Source: Candidatus Spongiisociaceae bacterium | Lineage (GTDB): Bacteria; Actinomycetota; Acidimicrobiia; Spongiisociales; Spongiisociaceae | DNA length: 64,000 bases | NCBI GenBank assembly: GCA_965202665.1 | Contig: OZ241841.1 | Span: 2,144,001-2,208,000, forward strand | Direction: 5' to 3' | Shown: piece by piece, positions 62,978-64,000 of the stretch | How positions within the stretch are numbered: position 1 is the stretch's first letter | How the letters are laid out: the number at the start of each line of letters is the position of its first letter | Program-made: the position numbers and the translations under genes | Notes under the pieces: model-generated | Seen by the model: the letters and a program-made list of their open reading frames with translations, nothing else | The model's database searches: none | What the model was told of the DNA's origin: nothing

Positions 62978-63998
62978 TTGTCAACCATTTCCGTAGTTCC
63001 CTACGCGCCACCGTTACGGAAACAGGCTTGTCCTTTGCTATTCTGCTATCTCTTATCACAGACCACTCTTCGGCGGCTTTGATACGGAGATCCCCGCCCA
63101 GAAGAGCAAGTTCCGTATGTATGGGGTCGGTATCATCATATTCTGGTATAGGCAAGCGCCATAGATGTTTTTGTAAATGGCGAGGGCCAAACTGCCCTTT
63201 GGCCATTAGAGGTTTTACCGCTTTTTCGAGGGTTTCACTATTAATTATGGCTGAAAGATAGTCCGCTTCTTCTATAGACAGGCATTCGATCCAGAATAGC
63301 GTGGTATAAATCAATGGGCTTGAATCATCCAGGACAGCTGCTGTAGGTCGCCCGGAAGAAGTGTATATTAGACGAATCTGCGCAAGATTTTTTGTCTGCA
63401 TCGTTAGTTTATTCACATAATCAATTTGATCAACTAAGTTGAGTTTGGTATCTTTACTCTTGTAGTCTTCCCATAAGTTATACATTACTTGCCAGCGTCT
63501 ACGCATTCTCTCACTCAAGGTCCTACCATCAATACCGCCAATCGACGTTTCCGAGTTGGAACGGATAATACTTTGACCCCGTTCGCTTATTGGCAAAACC
63601 ACCTTCTGTGGTTCAAGTAATATATAGGGGGCGACAGTTTCGCCTAAATGAATATCATATATATGATTTTCTTCTAAAGGCCCTGATAGTTTTTGAATTT
63701 CTGCTTGTTCAAAATTTTTCCAAGGCGATTTTTCTTGTGAACTACGATGTGGTTCAACGCGGCAAAGTCCTCTAACTAACGAGGAGTCTAGGTTAGATGT
63801 CTTTACAAAAAAGAGCACGCGTGGCACCGTGGTAGCACCTTGCGTGGCACGTCTACCATACTCAGAGTTATATTTATCTGAAGTATCTTTGTAATCAATA
63901 TAATCGTATTCGTAAGGGCCACCTTCTTTACCAAGCCAACGCTTTGTCTTGGATTTTAGTTTTTTGGCATCTGTAGAAGTTGATGTTTTGGTAGCAAA
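62916..63998 (-). CDS. C-terminal part of a probable type IIG restriction-modification / N6-adenine methyltransferase protein (5' end outside the window)
   Basis: The frame stays open to the window edge in my translation; QGATTVPR, LGETVAPY, YTSSG, EEADYLSAIINS, GQFGPRHLQK, LPIPEYD are typical of the target-recognition region; AT-rich. No methyltransferase motif lies inside the window. Confidence 0.65.
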   Translation of the reverse strand, partial: FATKTSTSTDAKKLKSKTKRWLGKEGGPYEYDYIDYKDTSDKYNSEYGRRATQGATTVPRVLFFVKTSNLDSSLVRGLCRVEPHRSSQEKSPWKNFEQAEIQKLSGPLEENHIYDIHLGETVAPYILLEPQKVVLPISERGQSIIRSNSETSIGGIDGRTLSERMRRRWQVMYNLWEDYKSKDTKLNLVDQIDYVNKLTMQTKNLAQIRLIYTSSGRPTAAVLDDSSPLIYTTLFWIECLSIEEADYLSAIINSETLEKAVKPLMAKGQFGPRHLQKHLWRLPIPEYDDTDPIHTELALLGGDLRIKAAEEWSVIRDSRIAKDKPVSVTVARRELRKWLTTTPEKLRVETLVHQLLEHRI

Positions 63999-64000
63999 GA

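Noticed and set aside
60141-64000. Prophage call for the right end
   Set aside because: No integrase, structural or replication genes in the window; only accessory/defence-type genes.

Overview
High-GC bacterial chromosomal window. Taxonomy is inferred only: the SLH proteins, PPOX/F420-type oxidoreductases, leaderless-style promoters and giant Calx-beta/LRR surface proteins suggest an actinobacterium, probably Acidimicrobiia and possibly host-associated. Left to right: (1) a low-GC TcmP-like/DUF5131 pair; (2) an enolase-superfamily gene divergent from an arylsulfatase; (3) a tightly coupled ~19 kb catabolic cluster (SorC-type regulator, Cys-less thiolase-fold protein plus DUF35 partner, ketose epimerase, DhaK/DhaL, sugar isomerase, class I aldolase, nucleoside hydrolase, polyol dehydrogenase, atypical KARI, ABC transporter, MFS, acyl-CoA ligase, PPOX protein, B3/4 protein); (4) two giant Calx-beta/LRR surface proteins (1528 and 3628 aa) that are GC-mosaic and lie behind a candidate promoter with a C13 tract; (5) a two-gene hypothetical islet; (6) a 2-oxoacid dehydrogenase E1/lipoyl/SDR/RraA/aminotransferase/PNPOx operon; (7) an SLH protein and an Opp-type ABC system; (8) the most striking feature, a tandem array of five intact 108-aa paralogous genes (~355 bp period) whose variable blocks are shuffled between copies, facing a HIRAN-domain gene, with a divergent sixth relative 4.7 kb away just behind an Rnl2-like RNA ligase; (9) a heptad-repeat protein, a Phd/YefM antitoxin with a truncated RelE-like toxin, and the 3' part of a probable type IIG restriction-modification gene. 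I saw no rRNA, tRNA, CRISPR array, transposase or integrase. All family calls come from motif recognition by eye, not from database searches.
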